Shown here piece after piece: positions 23,341-37,919 of a stretch of 64,000 nt of DNA; the stretch's first letter is position 1; every line of letters begins with the position of its first letter. The stretch is from Lama glama (lineage: Eukaryota): the NCBI GenBank assembly GCA_028534125.1, contig CM052843.1:16306001-16370000 (forward strand), in the 5' to 3' direction. The notes beneath the pieces are model-generated. The model made no database searches. It was not told where the DNA came from and saw only the letters and a list, made by a program, of their open reading frames with translations. The translations under genes were made by a program, and so were the position numbers.

Positions 23341-26189
23341 GGAGACAGAGAGACAGAGACCGATCACCATGTCAACATTACTGGAACAACATGGCGGCTA
23401 CACGGAGGAGACGATGGTATGGATCAGACGCGGGGGCGGCAACCACGAAGTCCACTGCAGTAGCAGTAACACTGGCAGTGCAAAGTCCTCACGGAAACCT
23501 TTTATGTTACATTTATTCTACAAAAATACACAAAATAGATGTGCTACATTTATTCATATGTATACATATGCATATATGTAGGTACCATATTGAGAGAGAA
23601 GGTTTTACTCTAAGGAGCGTTGTCAGGAGCAGTAGACCAGGGCCCACGCTCTCTGACACGGTCCCATCGCCTCTCGGACGGGAAGTGTGGGAATTAAAGG
23701 GAGGGTTTATCTACCCTTTAGAATTCACTCGGTTTCACCCAATTGTTTTCTTTTTTTATATAAAATCACACAGATAGATATATTTTCCTTGCTAAAATAC
23801 ACACACCAGCAACATCAAAAATCCTTTTATTAAATCCTTCATCAACAACCATGTTCATCTTGATACCGTCAAGTCACAGCTCAGAGCTGGCAAGCATCCC
23901 GAGGCTTCATTATACCCTTGACATTTCTGAAGCAGTTTTATACATAAAGCGTGAACACTTCTGATTAATGTTTATTACCGGGTCCTGACTGGGCTGGAGA
24001 GGTACACATACCAATATATTTTCTAAAGCATGTGTTCTCAACCTGTCCATAGCATTTACTACAGAGCAAATATCCTTCCCGTCTGAAATATAGGGAAGAA
24101 AACTGAGGGCCAGTGAGCTAACTCCCAAATATATAGTAAATGATCTGCTCATCATAAAGGCATTGTGTATCCTGAAACTCAGAACAGTCACAAATTCAGA
24201 AACCTTAGGTTGCTTGCTGTTTCAAATGGGGTGCTCTAACCCCATTATTGTTTTGTAAAGATATGGTTCCTGGTTTGCTGTTGTTATGGAGGGGGAAGGT
24301 TTGAATGGCCCTGAACTGCAGTTAACGGTGAGTTAACATATGTCAGCCCTTTGACTGTAAGTAAGATAACTTACTTTTTCATTTTCAATAATAGAAGAAC
24401 CAGTAAACCTCATGGCCATGCTCAGTAAAGTGGATCTGACCACTCCATTGCATTAACTCCTATCTATGGTCCAGTCATTTGACCTCTGAGTCATTTGGCT
24501 AAAACTGACATGGGAGGTTTTGGCCTTCACCTTAGCCCAGGATGGGAGGCTGACTGGACAGAACTATCATGTACCCAGTCGTGAGTTTCTGTCTCTCTGG
24601 TTTGGAGACCATACTGGGATTCCAGACTGGGGACCAGAAGAAAGATAGAGGTTTATCTCTTAGAGACACTGGTATAAACATGGAGAAGCTGCAGTGTGGG
24701 TGGAGGGACAACTGGGGACTGACGCTGGATGCAGAAGCAGGACCCCTGACGCTGCGCCGTCTAACAGGTGCGTGGCGGGGATGGCGTGGGTGGTGGGTGG
24801 ATGCAGGAGGGTGGCTTCATCACTGCTGCTGTTGTTAAATTGCAGATTCCCGTGGGCTAAGCATGAACCAAGTGCGTGCAGAGAACCATGGAGTGGTCAC
24901 CACGGGATACTGCTTTGCCCACTCCTAACCATAAAGCCTTGGGAAGGGCTGAAAACTCTCTGAGCCCTTTCTTCTCCTTTCTAAAATGACGTTCATTTCA
25001 GATCCAGCGTTCCCTGGTTTTATATTTAATGGGATCATGGCATTTTTGTTTTCTCCATCAAGTAAGGTTTGGAGATTTCTTATAATGCCAAGCACTCCTA
25101 CTTAAATATCCTAAAAATGGACCTGGTTTCTTAGGAAGCATATTTCAAGTATAAGAAGCAATCAAGCAACCTATTATTTAAAATATTGCCCTCTATGTAA
25201 ATAGGTATATAATATTCAGAGAAAATTCAGTTCATCCTCTTCTCCATGATAGACTTCTACTCCAAAATACTCGTGATTAAGGAAAAGCCCACGTCTTGCT
25301 ATGACTGGAAATTTGCCATAGGGGCCCACTCTAATTTGAGTCTTTGAGTTGAACTCTGGTTCTGCGGTTGAACCCAAGGATCTCGCCCTCATTCTGTCCT
25401 TGGGAGCGATCTGTCTCATGTTTAAATTTGCACTGTACGTTGCATTATCTTATTGTTGCTCGTGTCCCTCCTAATCCTTCCCTATCCCACTCACTCTTAC
25501 TCCTTCAGTCTTCCTCTCACCCCATCCATCCTTCGCAGGCCTTTCATCCTGCAGGTTGCCCCTTCTGATCTCGCTAAACGATCGACGTCTCTCACCGCAC
25601 GTGCTAGGCGCAGTCCTCCAGCTGAGGCATGGCCCCAGAAACCACCACTAAACTGGGGTATGTTATGTCCTTTAAGACCCTCTTTGTAACTTGTGATCTG
25701 TTAGAATCCCCGGTTATGTAATGTGAACTGCTGTTTGCTTCCCCTCCCAAAGTTTAACCTGAGACACATACATTTCACTCATTACCATAACCAGTTGGCC
25801 TTTGCCCAATGTCAGGCAAGAGTCAGATCTCCTTGCTATGCCCGAATTCACAGACAGGACCATAAAACTGTGGTTCTATCAAATACTTAACTCAGATTTT
25901 TGAAACTTTAGATCAATAGCAACAATCTTGGATTAACCACCTACAAAGGTTTTACCGTAAATTTTAATTCCTTCAGAAGCTTTATATAGATGAGCGAATC
26001 TTCATGAGACTATCTGATAACAACCAAATCTAAATATTTGGAGAAAAGTTATCAACCTCTCAGTGATCTCACCTTGTTTTCTCTATTTTCATTTAAATTC
26101 TGAATTATTTCCAATATATACATATAATTTACTCACTGCTGTATTTGTACCAGATTTTTTTTTTTCTGAAGCACAAGCATAATGGTTAC

Positions 26190-26395
26190 AGCCAACCCCT
26201 CACTCACAGGCCCTCCCCTGTTCTCTCCAGAGGTAAAAACTATGTGAAGTTGGTGTCCACCATTCCCGTGTGTATTTTTGTATTTTTCCTATATATTCGT
26301 CTATATGGAAACATCATATAACGCTGTTTTTGTGTCTTAAACATTGAAAATAAATGATATCATGCTGCAGGCATCTTTGTGCAACTTTCCTTTTA
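26190..26395 (-). mobile_element. L1ME-type fragment
   Basis: ccagaggtaaaaactat…aaatgatatcatgctg…tgcaacttt. Confidence 0.6.
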
Positions 26396-29300
26396 AACTG
26401 GAAGATAAATTAAATATAACTTTCAATTATTTATAGGGTCAAAGACAGAGGAACTCTTCCAATGAAACTTTTGCTATAAATTCCTCTGATTAGCACCAAA
26501 TCCTACCCCATTCCAAAGAGGCACAAGAGGCAGGTGTATGAAATGGAAGAGAAAAAGGCCATCACCCCGTGGGATGCCTGCGCAGGTTTACCGGGAGCAA
26601 GGGCTCCTTCTGACGTCATCCTCTCCTCTGGCTGGGAAATCGCCTCTTCTCCCCACACCACCTCCTCCCACGACTCAATATTTGTTTCTCTTGAAATGTC
26701 ACTTTCGAAAAGGTTACAATTCACTCTTAAGTATGCATCCCTGAGTAAGTATTTGAAAAAATGTAATCAGTTCTCCTTAGGCGGTTCTGTGGCAGGATTC
26801 TTGGTATCCAGCCCCCCATTAAGGCTAATCTCAGCATAGCTGATGGCACGCAGCAGGAATTAAACAGTTGTCACGAATCGAAGGCATTCATATGAAGTTG
26901 TTTGTTCTTTGAGGGTCTCTGCACACCCTCCCTCCCCCCCACCACAGTAGGATGAGGTGACAGAGCAGTAGATGTTTCTATATGGGCTCTTTCTGATGGA
27001 CCCTGCAGTAACATCAATCCTTATTTGCAATGAATACATCTTTAACACAACCCTTTACATCAACAAACAAAGGCAGCTATTAAACCAGAGAGTCCCAACA
27101 ATTCTCTGAAGGCCTGTATTCATTTTATAAAATCTCAAGATAACGCTGGTAATGAGAGTAAACAAGTAGCCTGCACCGCGGGTGGACAGAGCACTCTTTA
27201 GAATAAAGAGTGAGGAACACAGCACAACTGTTCAGTTTAAAACCTTTGCCAAGAAAGCAAAACAAATTTGAAAAGTTCTGGATAGTGACCTTAGAAGGAT
27301 GGGGCGTGCCTGGAGATTTCAAATAATTGAAGAATGCCACGCGGGTTAATTGATGTCAGCAGAGCAAGGCTGAGGAAGTCACTCACTGTGGATGGAAGAT
27401 GAATAATTCGTTCCATTCAGGGCTGTTTTCTGAATGACCTGTGCAGATTCCCATCAGCAGACAGAATTAGTTATCTCTGCCCATGTGTCCCTCTAGGGCC
27501 TGCTCATTTTTCAACCCACTGCCATTTGGTTGAGTTATTCCCTAAATGAATCAATCACTAATTCATAATTAGATCCAACGCCAGCATAAATCTCTGCAGT
27601 GGAAAACTTTGGAAATGACAACGTGGGTCTTAAGGCAAACCAGAGATGAAGCACGTCTGTCATTCTTGAAACCAACTGAGTCTTGGCTTAAACTCTTGGT
27701 CAAGACATATTAGCTAGATTTTTGAGGAGTTCTATGTGATGATCTTAATACTTCACCTGTTCATCGATCCTTGTTTTTTTTATATACATACATGGCAATC
27801 TTTCTAGAGTAGTGGATTTATCAATGTCATTGACATAAAAAGTCTTATCGCCAGCTCTGTGTTACAGGAAGTATTATGTGAAAGCAACTATTGTTACTTT
27901 AAGGCCAGATTGTCATCCTAGAGGACCAAAGCTGTACAGGAGAAACTCCTGTGGCTATGCTAAAGCTCTATAAAATGACGGACTATAAAACGATAAAGCT
28001 GGCTCACCAGCTGGATCTCTAACTCATCCCCCTCTCTATGAGGCTTGAAGTCCTGGCATGCCAGGACTGGCACCCTGTGAGAGCTCACTGCTTCGCTGTG
28101 TCCTTGCCCCACTGACGCCCCAAAGTGCAGCTGACCCTACCTGCACGCGTGGGAGACAAAGGACGGGTGCTTCCTTACCCTCTGCCGACGTTCAGAACCC
28201 TGGTGCCTTTGTCTTAACCCAGAGACCTCACCGGAATGCTGTGCACACCTAGAGCGTGGACCTTCACATGTTCCTTTCCTGTATCAGGAAAGTATCTCCC
28301 AGTCCTAAACATTTTGATTTCTGGTATACAACAGTCAGTACCGGTGAGTTATTTAATTACGCTCTCTCCCCAGTTTGCCTAGCTGTTCCCTTCTCACTGA
28401 ACTAACTTGACACTTGGTATCTGTTTCAGTGTCTAATGGATGTGGAGGAATGTGGTCGGTACTGAGAAACGTGGTCACTGTGCTGTTGTGGTCCAAGGAC
28501 CAGCGATCCCCGGGCCTCTCTCACCAGATAGGGTCTTAGATGAGTGCATGTTTCATGTACAAATATGAAGAGACCTGAGCTCAGAAAAAATCCTAGCTTG
28601 CTGCCCTTTTAAGCTCTTTGCTTCCTATTCACTCTCAGCCCCATGAAAGGACGAGGGTAGCCATGCAACGTGAATGTCATTGCCACCACCGCCTCCTACC
28701 AACTGTCCAGTCCAGGGAACACAAGCCTAATCTCAACCAAAACACTGAGAACGTCTACGTCACACATTCAAAATGTTTTAACAGCAATGATAGCATTTAA
28801 GAATTCAGACTTCCCCAGACCAGGAAATAAAGTGATTTAGGGAAAACCCTAACTAACTCTTATTTAGGAATAAAGATTTTGATGACATCAGCTGGAGATG
28901 CTTTCCAGTTTCTTGAATCATTCTTTCTTGAATTGACAACCCCTGAGTACTCTCCATTGATGAGTCTTCTGAACTAAATTGGAACTGATGTTGTGGAGAA
29001 TCACATGCTGCAATCTGGGTCCAGATCCAGGATGCTCTTTTTGTCCATCGTTCAGCTGCCCTGCTATCAGTGAAAGCAACTCAAGATGTTTGCAAGTGGG
29101 GTCAACGGCCTGGCTCTGTGCGTTTAATTCAGCACGGCCGTGTCCTCGGCCTCAGCAGTCTTCTGCAGGCCACTTTTTAGTAGGATGTACATGTGCCCCT
29201 CAGAGACACACACAGGATTTACTGCCCACTCACCATGCTCACACTCATGCCCATACAAGGATTCCTCCACTGCTTCCACAGCTAAGCACTTGCTCAATTA

Positions 29301-29899
29301 TCAACACACTCCCAGGCAAGAAAAAAATGTTAGAAAACTCTATAGAACCAGTCACGTAATCACAAAGATTCATTGTTCTTCCAAAATCAACATTTAAAAA
29401 CAGCTGGCGTGTGGCCTCTCCACCCACGGGCTAGCTCACCATTGCGGAATCAGAGCAGGGCGAGACCTTGAGCGAACAGTCCCTCGGTCCTTCAGGAAGC
29501 CTGCAACTAAATCATCGCAGACAGGAGAACATCCGTCCTAATTTTCTTGAGCTCCAGGGACTGAGCTCTCACGGCGTCCTAGTCTGAATAGAGAGAACGC
29601 CTTTCTTACTGTCAAACAGTCTCTCCCTTTAGAGCTGAAGTCTATTCATCGTGCCTGGCTTTCGTGTGAGATGGAGAACCACCTCTCTAACGATTTTTAT
29701 GTCACCCACTCTTTCCTCACAAATGGAAATCAGCTCCTGCCTTGAGGACTGTATTTCCCCAAAACTTTTAAAAGATTAAAATAGTTTTGTGACATTCACT
29801 TGTTTCTCAAAGTTATCTCTATTTTTTCTGAGCCCGTAAGTCCAGACTTAAATATTATTTACCAGTAAAATCTAACCAGATTCGAATAAAACAGTCAGT

Positions 29900-30640
29900 C
29901 TCTGAGTTGCCCAAAATGGTAGCCACTAGCCACATGTGTACTGGAAATGTGGCCAGTGTGACTGAGAGGTTGAATTTTTAATTGTATTTAATTTTACTTG
30001 ATTTAACTTTAGATTTAAGACATACTTGCTACAATGTTTGGGAGACTTTAAGTATGTTTGGAACAACTTGGGTTTGTGAATCTACTTTTGCAAATGTAAA
30101 TTTTATGACATACAAATAATGTTCAAGTATTGCTGATGAAAATTTAGCACCTGCTTTGAGATCTCTTCTAGTCTATAACACAGAGATGACTCTGAAATTT
30201 TTAAATAAAAAAAATTTTTTAAGCATTTCATTAATATTTTTATATTGATTGCATGTTGGAATTATAATATTTTGGATATACTGGATACTGTGGACTAAGT
30301 ATATGTGTCCCCACCAAAAAATTACTATGATTATTATGATTATGATTATGATTATGATTACTTTATTGTTGAAGTCCTAATCCCCAATGTGACAGTATTT
30401 GGGGCCTTTCAGAGGCTGATAGGTGATGGGGGTGGAGTTCCCACCAGGACCCAACCCAGTGGCACCCTGATCTCGGACTTCCGGCCTCCAGAACTATAAG
30501 AAATAAATGTCTGCTGTTTAAGCCCCCAGCAGGTGGTATTTTGTTATGGTAGCCCGAGCTGACTAAGAATGTGGGTTAAAAAATATGTATTATCAAAATC
30601 CATTTTACTTTTTTTTGAACTATTTTTTATGTAACCGATC
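29900..30640. mobile_element. Charlie1/MER33-family hAT element, split by an MLT1A insertion
   Basis: atggtagccactagccacatgtg…gaaatgtggccagtgtgactgag…gtttggaacaacttgg…ttttggatatactgg, resuming gggttaaaaaatat…attatcaaaat after 30568. Confidence 0.8.
30286..30568 (+). mobile_element. MLT1A-type MaLR LTR (internally deleted) with (TATGAT)n microsatellite ~30325-30360
   Basis: gttgaagtcctaatccccaatgtgacagtatttgg…ggcaccctgatctcggacttcc.gcctccagaact…agcccgagctgactaaga. Confidence 0.85.
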
Positions 30641-32339
30641 ACAATCCTGGAAAGAATCCCTTGATGGGAGTTCTATCTCTTATTGTATTTCCTCCCATAA
30701 GCATCATAAATCTGACACAGGATTAAAAGATTGAGAGAGGAAAGGAAGGAAGTCAGAACAGCAGGATTTTAAATGTTGTGGCACAAAGTCACGAGGAGAA
30801 GCAGCCAAAGGGGGAGGATTTACGGTCGTCCACGTGGCCTCAGCATCCCGGCCAGGTGCCAGGCTAAGGCACCGGGACATGTAAGGAACACAAACAAGTT
30901 TGCTGTAAGGTTTTTTGCTTCTGTTCGTTTTGTTTCCGATTTTGCACATGATAGATGTGAAGTGGGAGTCCGTACAAAAAGGGGAAAGACTGAAAAAGGA
31001 GGGTTATGCGTCCTCAGTCATTGGCTGGTCCGGGCTGGCCTCGGACAGCCCAGCGCAGGGGCGGTGCTGCGTCACACGTGGTGTGAGGTGTGTGCGCAAG
31101 GACAGGCTGGAGGCTTGTACTCGAAGGCCAAATTCATAGACTAAGAGGTCTTGGCAATTTGAAAATTTAGGAAGCTATTTTGAATGCAACTGGTTCTGAA
31201 AATATTGGCAGCCCTATAACTTGGAAATGATTTTTTGAAGTATTCCTGCCTGGATTCGAGCTGAGAAGGGGCCCGTCACCAGACCTAGCTCTGTCCAGGA
31301 GGAGCGATGACCGTGCAGAGGTGCCCACAGAGGGTGGGTTTGGAGGAAACGGTGTTCACTTCTAGCATCTTAAGTTAAAAGCTGCCTTTTATTTCCTCTT
31401 GGAACCCCTTTCCAGTGTCTCCTAATGATACCAAAAGAACATGCTATGTGTGCACCATGGGCATGAATATTGCATACGTTCTCACGGATACTGATCTCCT
31501 AAGAAAGCAAACATGTAGTGACCAGCAGCTTTCCTTTGATGTGATGTGTACTCATGACAGCACCATTTGAAGGGGCAGGAAAGTGAATCTGGCCTGTTCT
31601 GACAGAGAAACTCTCAGGAGGCTAAAAGCAGAAGACATGAGATATCTGCTTCCAGATCTTTTAATGAATCATCATGAGAATTTTAGCAAGTCAACTTTCC
31701 GCTTCAACTTTTCCTTGACGTTTTGAAACACCAACTTTTGTTATTTTATTTACTTTTAATATGCTAACACTGCCAGGAATTCAATCATACTAATATTCGA
31801 GACCACCTGAAGGCAGGGACCATCCCCAACTTCTCTTGTGTGTCCTGAGTCTTGGTGCAAAGGTCTACATGAAACGTTGTGGGGTGTTTCTTTTTACTTT
31901 TAGAGAAAACACATCCACCATCCCCATTGCTGACGCTGTCCAGTATTAGGACTGGAATGCTAAAAGGAGTCTGAGAGATTGCCTGGTAAATCCCTCCACG
32001 GCAGAACTGACAAAGCTGGGACCCATGCATTGATGTCACGTCTAAATCCTGTAGCTCCGTAGCAGAAAACTGCACTAGAATCCAGGTCACAAAAAGATTT
32101 GCTTCTTTGTGCTGCATTTTAGCAACAGCTGTGGTAATGTAGGCGGACATCTAGGGACAACTCAAGTACACAAAGTATTTTAAAGTCTCTTAAGTTGAAA
32201 GAGTCATGTTTAAAAGAGTGATTTTTACTGTGTTTTTAGAAAAACAATTGTTAATCTTTTGATGCCTGATGTTCTTGATGCCAAAAGGTAAAACCAAATG
32301 TTTCATACACAATGAAATCGTGTATCTTTAGTGCCCAGC

Positions 32340-32480
32340 ATCACTTAGCGAGCATTAACTGTGTGCCAGAAACTGTGCCCAACACACTATCTCATTGAAC
32401 CCCCCAACACTGGGGGAGGTAGGCACTAATGCTGCTGATACTTTGCAACGAGGAAACTGATACACAGAGGTTACCTAAAC
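32340..32480 (-). mobile_element. MIR SINE
   Basis: tgtgtgccag…atctcattgaacc…gaggtaggc…gaggaaactga…cagaggtta. Confidence 0.7.
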
Positions 32481-34931
32481 AGTGCAAAGTCAAACATTAA
32501 TCTGTTCCAGTGATGAAATCAACTGGGCAGCAGCAGGTGCGGAGCTGTATCTGAGTCTTCCCTGTCTGCTCACACAGTCAGCTCATTTGGCTAAATATGA
32601 CCAGGCAGGTGAGCTCCTGCTGTGATTTCCATGCCATTTGAAGTGGAAGATACAGATATTGATGTAGACAGAGGTATAGATGTAGACGAGGATATGTTTC
32701 TCCTAGCTAGATCTCCTTCGTAATGAAATTCTGAAAAGCAAATATTAAAAATAGACCCACTGTAAACAAACTGTTGACCACAGCATCTCAGGAAAACTTA
32801 AAATCCATGATCCGGAGAGAACAAGGCGTTATACATCCCAAGATGCTAATGCTGGAGTATTGGTTTTTACTTTTCTGGTCATACGCCCTGTGTGGTGGAA
32901 ACTCTTGAGTGCCTGCCCACACCCCATTCTTAAACTTCCTGCCCCTTTGCAGGTAGGTGCTTGTTCTGGACAATGGTTGATGAGTGCATCTTGACAAAAG
33001 GGGATACGCTGTGAATGCTCACTACAGTGCTGTTGGTGACATGAAAGAAACAGCAGAAATGTAGGAGAGGGAAGTAAAATGTGCAAGGTTATGTTATGGA
33101 ACTTAGAGATATATTAGAGGTGCATCTGGTGCTTGCACAGATGTTAAAAAGTGTTGAACAGAAAGAAAATGTTAAGAGTCAGAATGACCCTTTGGCACAG
33201 TTGCGTTTTCTTTAAATGTAGCATAATGTTGTTTTCTTGAGAATAGGCACAGACAAAAACAATATTGTAGTGGCATATTCCCAGTCAAGGATCCAATTTA
33301 AGGACACTGTATGTAAAAAGAAACTAAGCTGCTATGATTAGTAAATCTGTGAACTGGGGTGTAATCTAATCTACTCTTAACCCAAGGGAGCAGACCCAAC
33401 TCTACACATCCTCACTAAGTGGCAAACACCAATTTCAGACGAAATAGAGGGAGACCTAGGTGCAGCATGCGCTATATTCCAATAGGGATATTTGGTTTAG
33501 GAAAGCAATACTTGAAAATTCAGAATCCAGAAATACAAATGGATGTGCAGTGCTGTTTCAGGGTCACAACTATGCCCGTGCCTTGCCTCTAGAAAACCTG
33601 AGTGAAGAGCTGGATGCTGAACCAGAGCTGATGAGACAGAATGCGGCTTTGAAAATGCGTTGCCTGAACCCGCATCACATTTCATTGGAGTAAATGGCTT
33701 TAGTAATTTTTTTCCTAGCAAGGTATGAAGCATCCATTTATCATAATGCATTACTACTATTTATACACATGAAACTACACAGGGCTTCTGTCTTCTAGGA
33801 ACGTGAATGCTTTGATAAGAGAAGATTATTTATTTTTCCCAGTAATGTACTTGATGCTGAGTTGTCCAATTCAGTTTCCTTTGACATCTTATATTATTAT
33901 TCTTTTCAAAAATGGACTTAACGACGCCAGTAGGAAAGCAAATAGTGTGATAAACTCATTTACTTAGTGAGTTTCCCATATATCCTGCCACCATATTTTT
34001 TTTGGTGTGGTTAAAATATATTTGTTTCTAAATACTTGTTGTGAAGCTAGTTATTTGTCACTTGCTGGTAATGTACCATCTGTTCAGAGAAAATGAGAAA
34101 CATGATAAATAAAAGTTTTCTTGATCAGGAAGGAAAGCCAAGATGAGGCTGAAACGCAGGATTTACCTGCGCTTAAGCATGAGGTTATACAAATAGACAC
34201 CCCAGCTGAGAGGCACGGTTTCATCTGCAGCAGCAGCAGCTCAGATACAAACAGTGTGACTAACACTCAGTTTGTTCCCTGCACATGAAGAAGATTTCCA
34301 GCATCAGTAACTGCGCTGTGGACACTGCCCTTTAGGACCTGTGTCTGTGGGAGTCCCACGAGGTGTCTATTTCCCCAATGTAGCTTCTAGATGAAAAGAT
34401 TAGTAAGTATTAAGACTGGAATTTGAGATCAAGGGAGGCAGTTTGGAGGATTGAAAAACAGAAATGAATATCAACCTGAAACAGAACCAACTATAAACCT
34501 GGGAAAGAAGTCAGGGGGATCTAAAACTCCAAATCCCTTAAAGCTGGGGAAAACATGGTCACATATCGGAAAGGTTCTGTTTCCTTGGCCTGATCCTAGG
34601 AGGCAGAAATGAGAACATGTTTCCAGGTTTTCGTTAAATATTTAAAAGAGAAAACTGAGGTAAAAGAAATGAGTTCAGAGCATTAGAGAGAGGAGCTAGT
34701 TGGGAGTATCGGGGACTGGCTGGCAGTACACGCCTTACCCACCTAAACTCTCCTGTCGATGGCTACAGATTCATTAGCTGGACAGTCACCACAATAGTTC
34801 ATTTATTAAATCAAACATCCGTCGATTATTTTAGTAGCTTCCATAGACAAGAACTTTTCAAAGTCCTGGGAACATCATATCAAGTCAGCATTATCTCAGT
34901 TCTCCGGAACTTCATGGTATGAAATGAAAGT

Positions 34932-36150
34932 CATTCACTCATTCATTTTGGCTGAGAGAATTCTGTCTGTTGAGCATCCACTCCATGCCAGGCACCATGC
35001 AAGATGCTGGACTCCAACCATGAGCAAGGGAGATGACCATTTAGACGACGAAAGGGATATTAACGAAAGAACCACAAAAACAACCCCATGGTCATAAATA
35101 AACACAAACACCATGCATGAGTGGGGCAAGGCTCTCTGAGGACACAGACCTGAACACTGGGAAAGGCTGCCCCAGGGAAGAGCGTCTTGAGCCGTGATCA
35201 CTTAGAGATTCTGTGCAGGAAAAGGATGGGCTGGACCTTCCGAATAGGTGAAAGACCAGTGGGATTTGGGCGGAGGAAGCAAGAGGGAGGAAAATGTGCA
35301 TCAGAGATGAAGAGAGAGTTGCCCTGCAGGGCTTTGGATGAAGTGCAAGGACCTTTGTCCGTCTCTTGAGAATAACAGGAAATCCTTGAAAAGTTTTAAA
35401 GCAGAGAACAGCCATCATACTGTTTTTGTCTGGAAAAGATCCTTCCACTGCGGCGTAAAGCGCAGCTTGGAGAACAGTCAGCAGGACACCAGGAGATTAA
35501 AAAGAAGACTTTTTCAGTGATCTGGGTGGGGCTCACCTGGGGGGCGGTTACAGTGGGCTTGGGGAGATTGAGAGAGCCATTGGTCACTGAATCAATGACT
35601 AAATATAGTGAAATAGGCACTATAAACAGTGGGTTAAGGGACCAGAAACCCCAGAGGCGAGTCACACAAATTAGACTGCAGGAAAGCGCCCTGAAAGAAA
35701 CGCCTCTTGAATGAAGTTATGAATGAGGGATTGTTTATTGACTAAAACCAAGAAGAAGAGGAAGTGATATTTCAGGGCCTGCGGAGAGCAAGAGGGGAGA
35801 CACAGAGGCTGTGATGCGTGCGGGAAGCCAGAACAAAGGCAGAAAGGACACTCTAAAGTTCGTGCTGGAGGTTTCTGAACAGCAAGTATACACCTGGCAA
35901 GTTCCGCGTGTCCCATCAGGAGAGGTGAGACAAGGACAGAAACTGGACAGAGACCTTGAAGCCCTGCCATTTATACGGCAAACAAGGCAGGCGGAATCCC
36001 AGTGAAGGACATTGAGAAGGAGCAGCCGGTGTTGCAGAAGGAAAACACACGGAGAAGGAGGGTGGGTCAAAGGGTCAAACACCAAGAAAATGTCAAGCGA
36101 GAAGACTGAAAACCGACTATGGCATTTGGCCGTATGAGGTCCATCCGTAA
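34932..36150 (-). mobile_element. Long degenerate L2 (fragments)
   Basis: Starts cattcactcattcatt…ttgagcatccact..atgccaggcacc; purine-rich antisense L2 body; boundaries approximate. Confidence 0.6.
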
Positions 36151-36239
36151 CATGGCCCCCGCATGTTATCCGCACTTACCTCCCACCGTGCTGCTGAGAC
36201 TCAACGTCCAGGCCGTTCCCTCTCTCCTCCGCTTCCTTC

Positions 36240-36570
36240 CCCTTCTTGCTAACAGACCTTGTTTCCATACGGGACTCAATCATTAAACGGTCCAAGACAA
36301 GCACAGCAAGTCCTTCCGTTTTTGCAGCGATTGACCTAGTGACGGCCACGAGTCTCAGGACGGAGGTGAGCTGCCAGGGCCAAGTGGCAGCAAAAGCCCA
36401 CGTGCTGAGGATGGTGCGGAGAAGGAAGGGAAGCCTGGGTCCCTGAGGACTCAGCAAGACCCGGGACCAGCTACCTCCAGGCTCCCGTAGAATAAACCGC
36501 GAATGCCCCTTCACGTAAAGCTAGTTTAGGAGTTGTTGCACCTTCATCTGAAAGCATTTCCAACAGACGT
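36240..36570 (+). mobile_element. Old MaLR LTR (MLT1J/K-like)
   Basis: gctgaggatggtg.ggagaagga.gggaagcctgggtccctga…cctccagg…aataaacc…gaaagcatt. Confidence 0.55.
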
Positions 36571-37919
36571 AACACCTAACTCTTCACCATTTTGTGTCCA
36601 TTCTCCCCTTTATTCATTTTGATTCCTCTCCCAAGAGACCCTTTACCAAAATCTTCACGCATCCCAAATCAACCCAAATTCCAAGGCCCTTTTAAGTGTC
36701 ACTTTCCATCACGTGGTTTTTCTCTCCGCTTCCCAGTCCTAAGGAACTACTCCCTCTTCCCACCCCCATCCATCTATTTCCCTTTCCGTAAATCTCTCTG
36801 ACCATGTAAAGTATAGGTGTCCTCACGCTTGCCTGTGCCCCTTGCTGGACCTTAATTCGCTCCAGGGAAAGATTCGTCCAAATTATCTTAATTTCCTGGC
36901 ACCTGATGCAGCGTTTTGTCCATGGGAGCTCCTTAACCAACTGAGTGACTTAATGAAAGGACTAAATGTTTCAACATGTATGAAGCTAGCAATAGAGATA
37001 TTGGAGAGTGATGATAAGAAAGAAAATTTTTAGTAAAATAGTCAAGGTCAGAGGAAAGAGCTCACAGCAATTTCAGGCGCAGCTTCACGGAGAATGGCAC
37101 ATTGCTGGAATCATGGACCCGTATCTCACGGCAGCGTGGTGGTGACCGTGCACTCTGGCACTTGGCTGCTTATGGTGCTTCAAGGTAAGACTGCAACAGC
37201 CCCTGCATTTCATTAATAGCCCAGAGATCAACCCAAGGCTGTTTTTGTTAACCCGGGGGCAGGCAGCACTGGCAACAAAGGAAGTGAGCATATGGAGCAC
37301 ATTCGTAAGTGAAAGCAACAGACAAAGGGTGTAAAGAACAAGAGCCACAAGTCTCCCCGGCTGGGACCCTGCACCTGGGCAGATGGCCCGGTGGGTGGTC
37401 AAGGCGGTTCTGAGACAGCAGACCAGGATGGGCGGGACCAACGAGAAAGTGAGGTGAAGGATAAGAAGACATGTGTCTCTAAATGCTTTTCTCAGCCTTT
37501 GACAAAGCTTTTCTAGATGAAACCCCGCTGCACTCCCCTCCCCTGCTCCCTGTGACCAGGGCTCTGTAGTTTACGCTGGTCTGGCACTCATTTCACTGCA
37601 GGTCCTTCAGCTGTCCGTCCCTTGCGCTGGGTATTTTTGCTCTCCCCATAAGACGATAAGCTGGACCCCACAAAGAAAGCCAGCGCCTCCCTAAAGATAG
37701 TACCGAGCGGCGCCTATTCGGAGGGGACCATGCATGACTGATGAGTACGGAAAGAAGCGACAAATTCCAAAAAGACTTTTCTTTAAAAACCTCTGCTGTG
37801 TAACACAGGGAACCATATTCCATATCTTGTAATAACCTACAATGGAAAAGAATCTGAAAAAGAATAGATCTGTATACCTGTATATAACTGAATCTCTTTG
37901 CTGTGCACCAGAAACCAAC

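Noticed and set aside
27387-27438. Minus-strand exon-like segment reading SENSPEWNELFIF, superficially C2-domain-like
   Set aside because: Weak acceptor, too short, and no companion exons.
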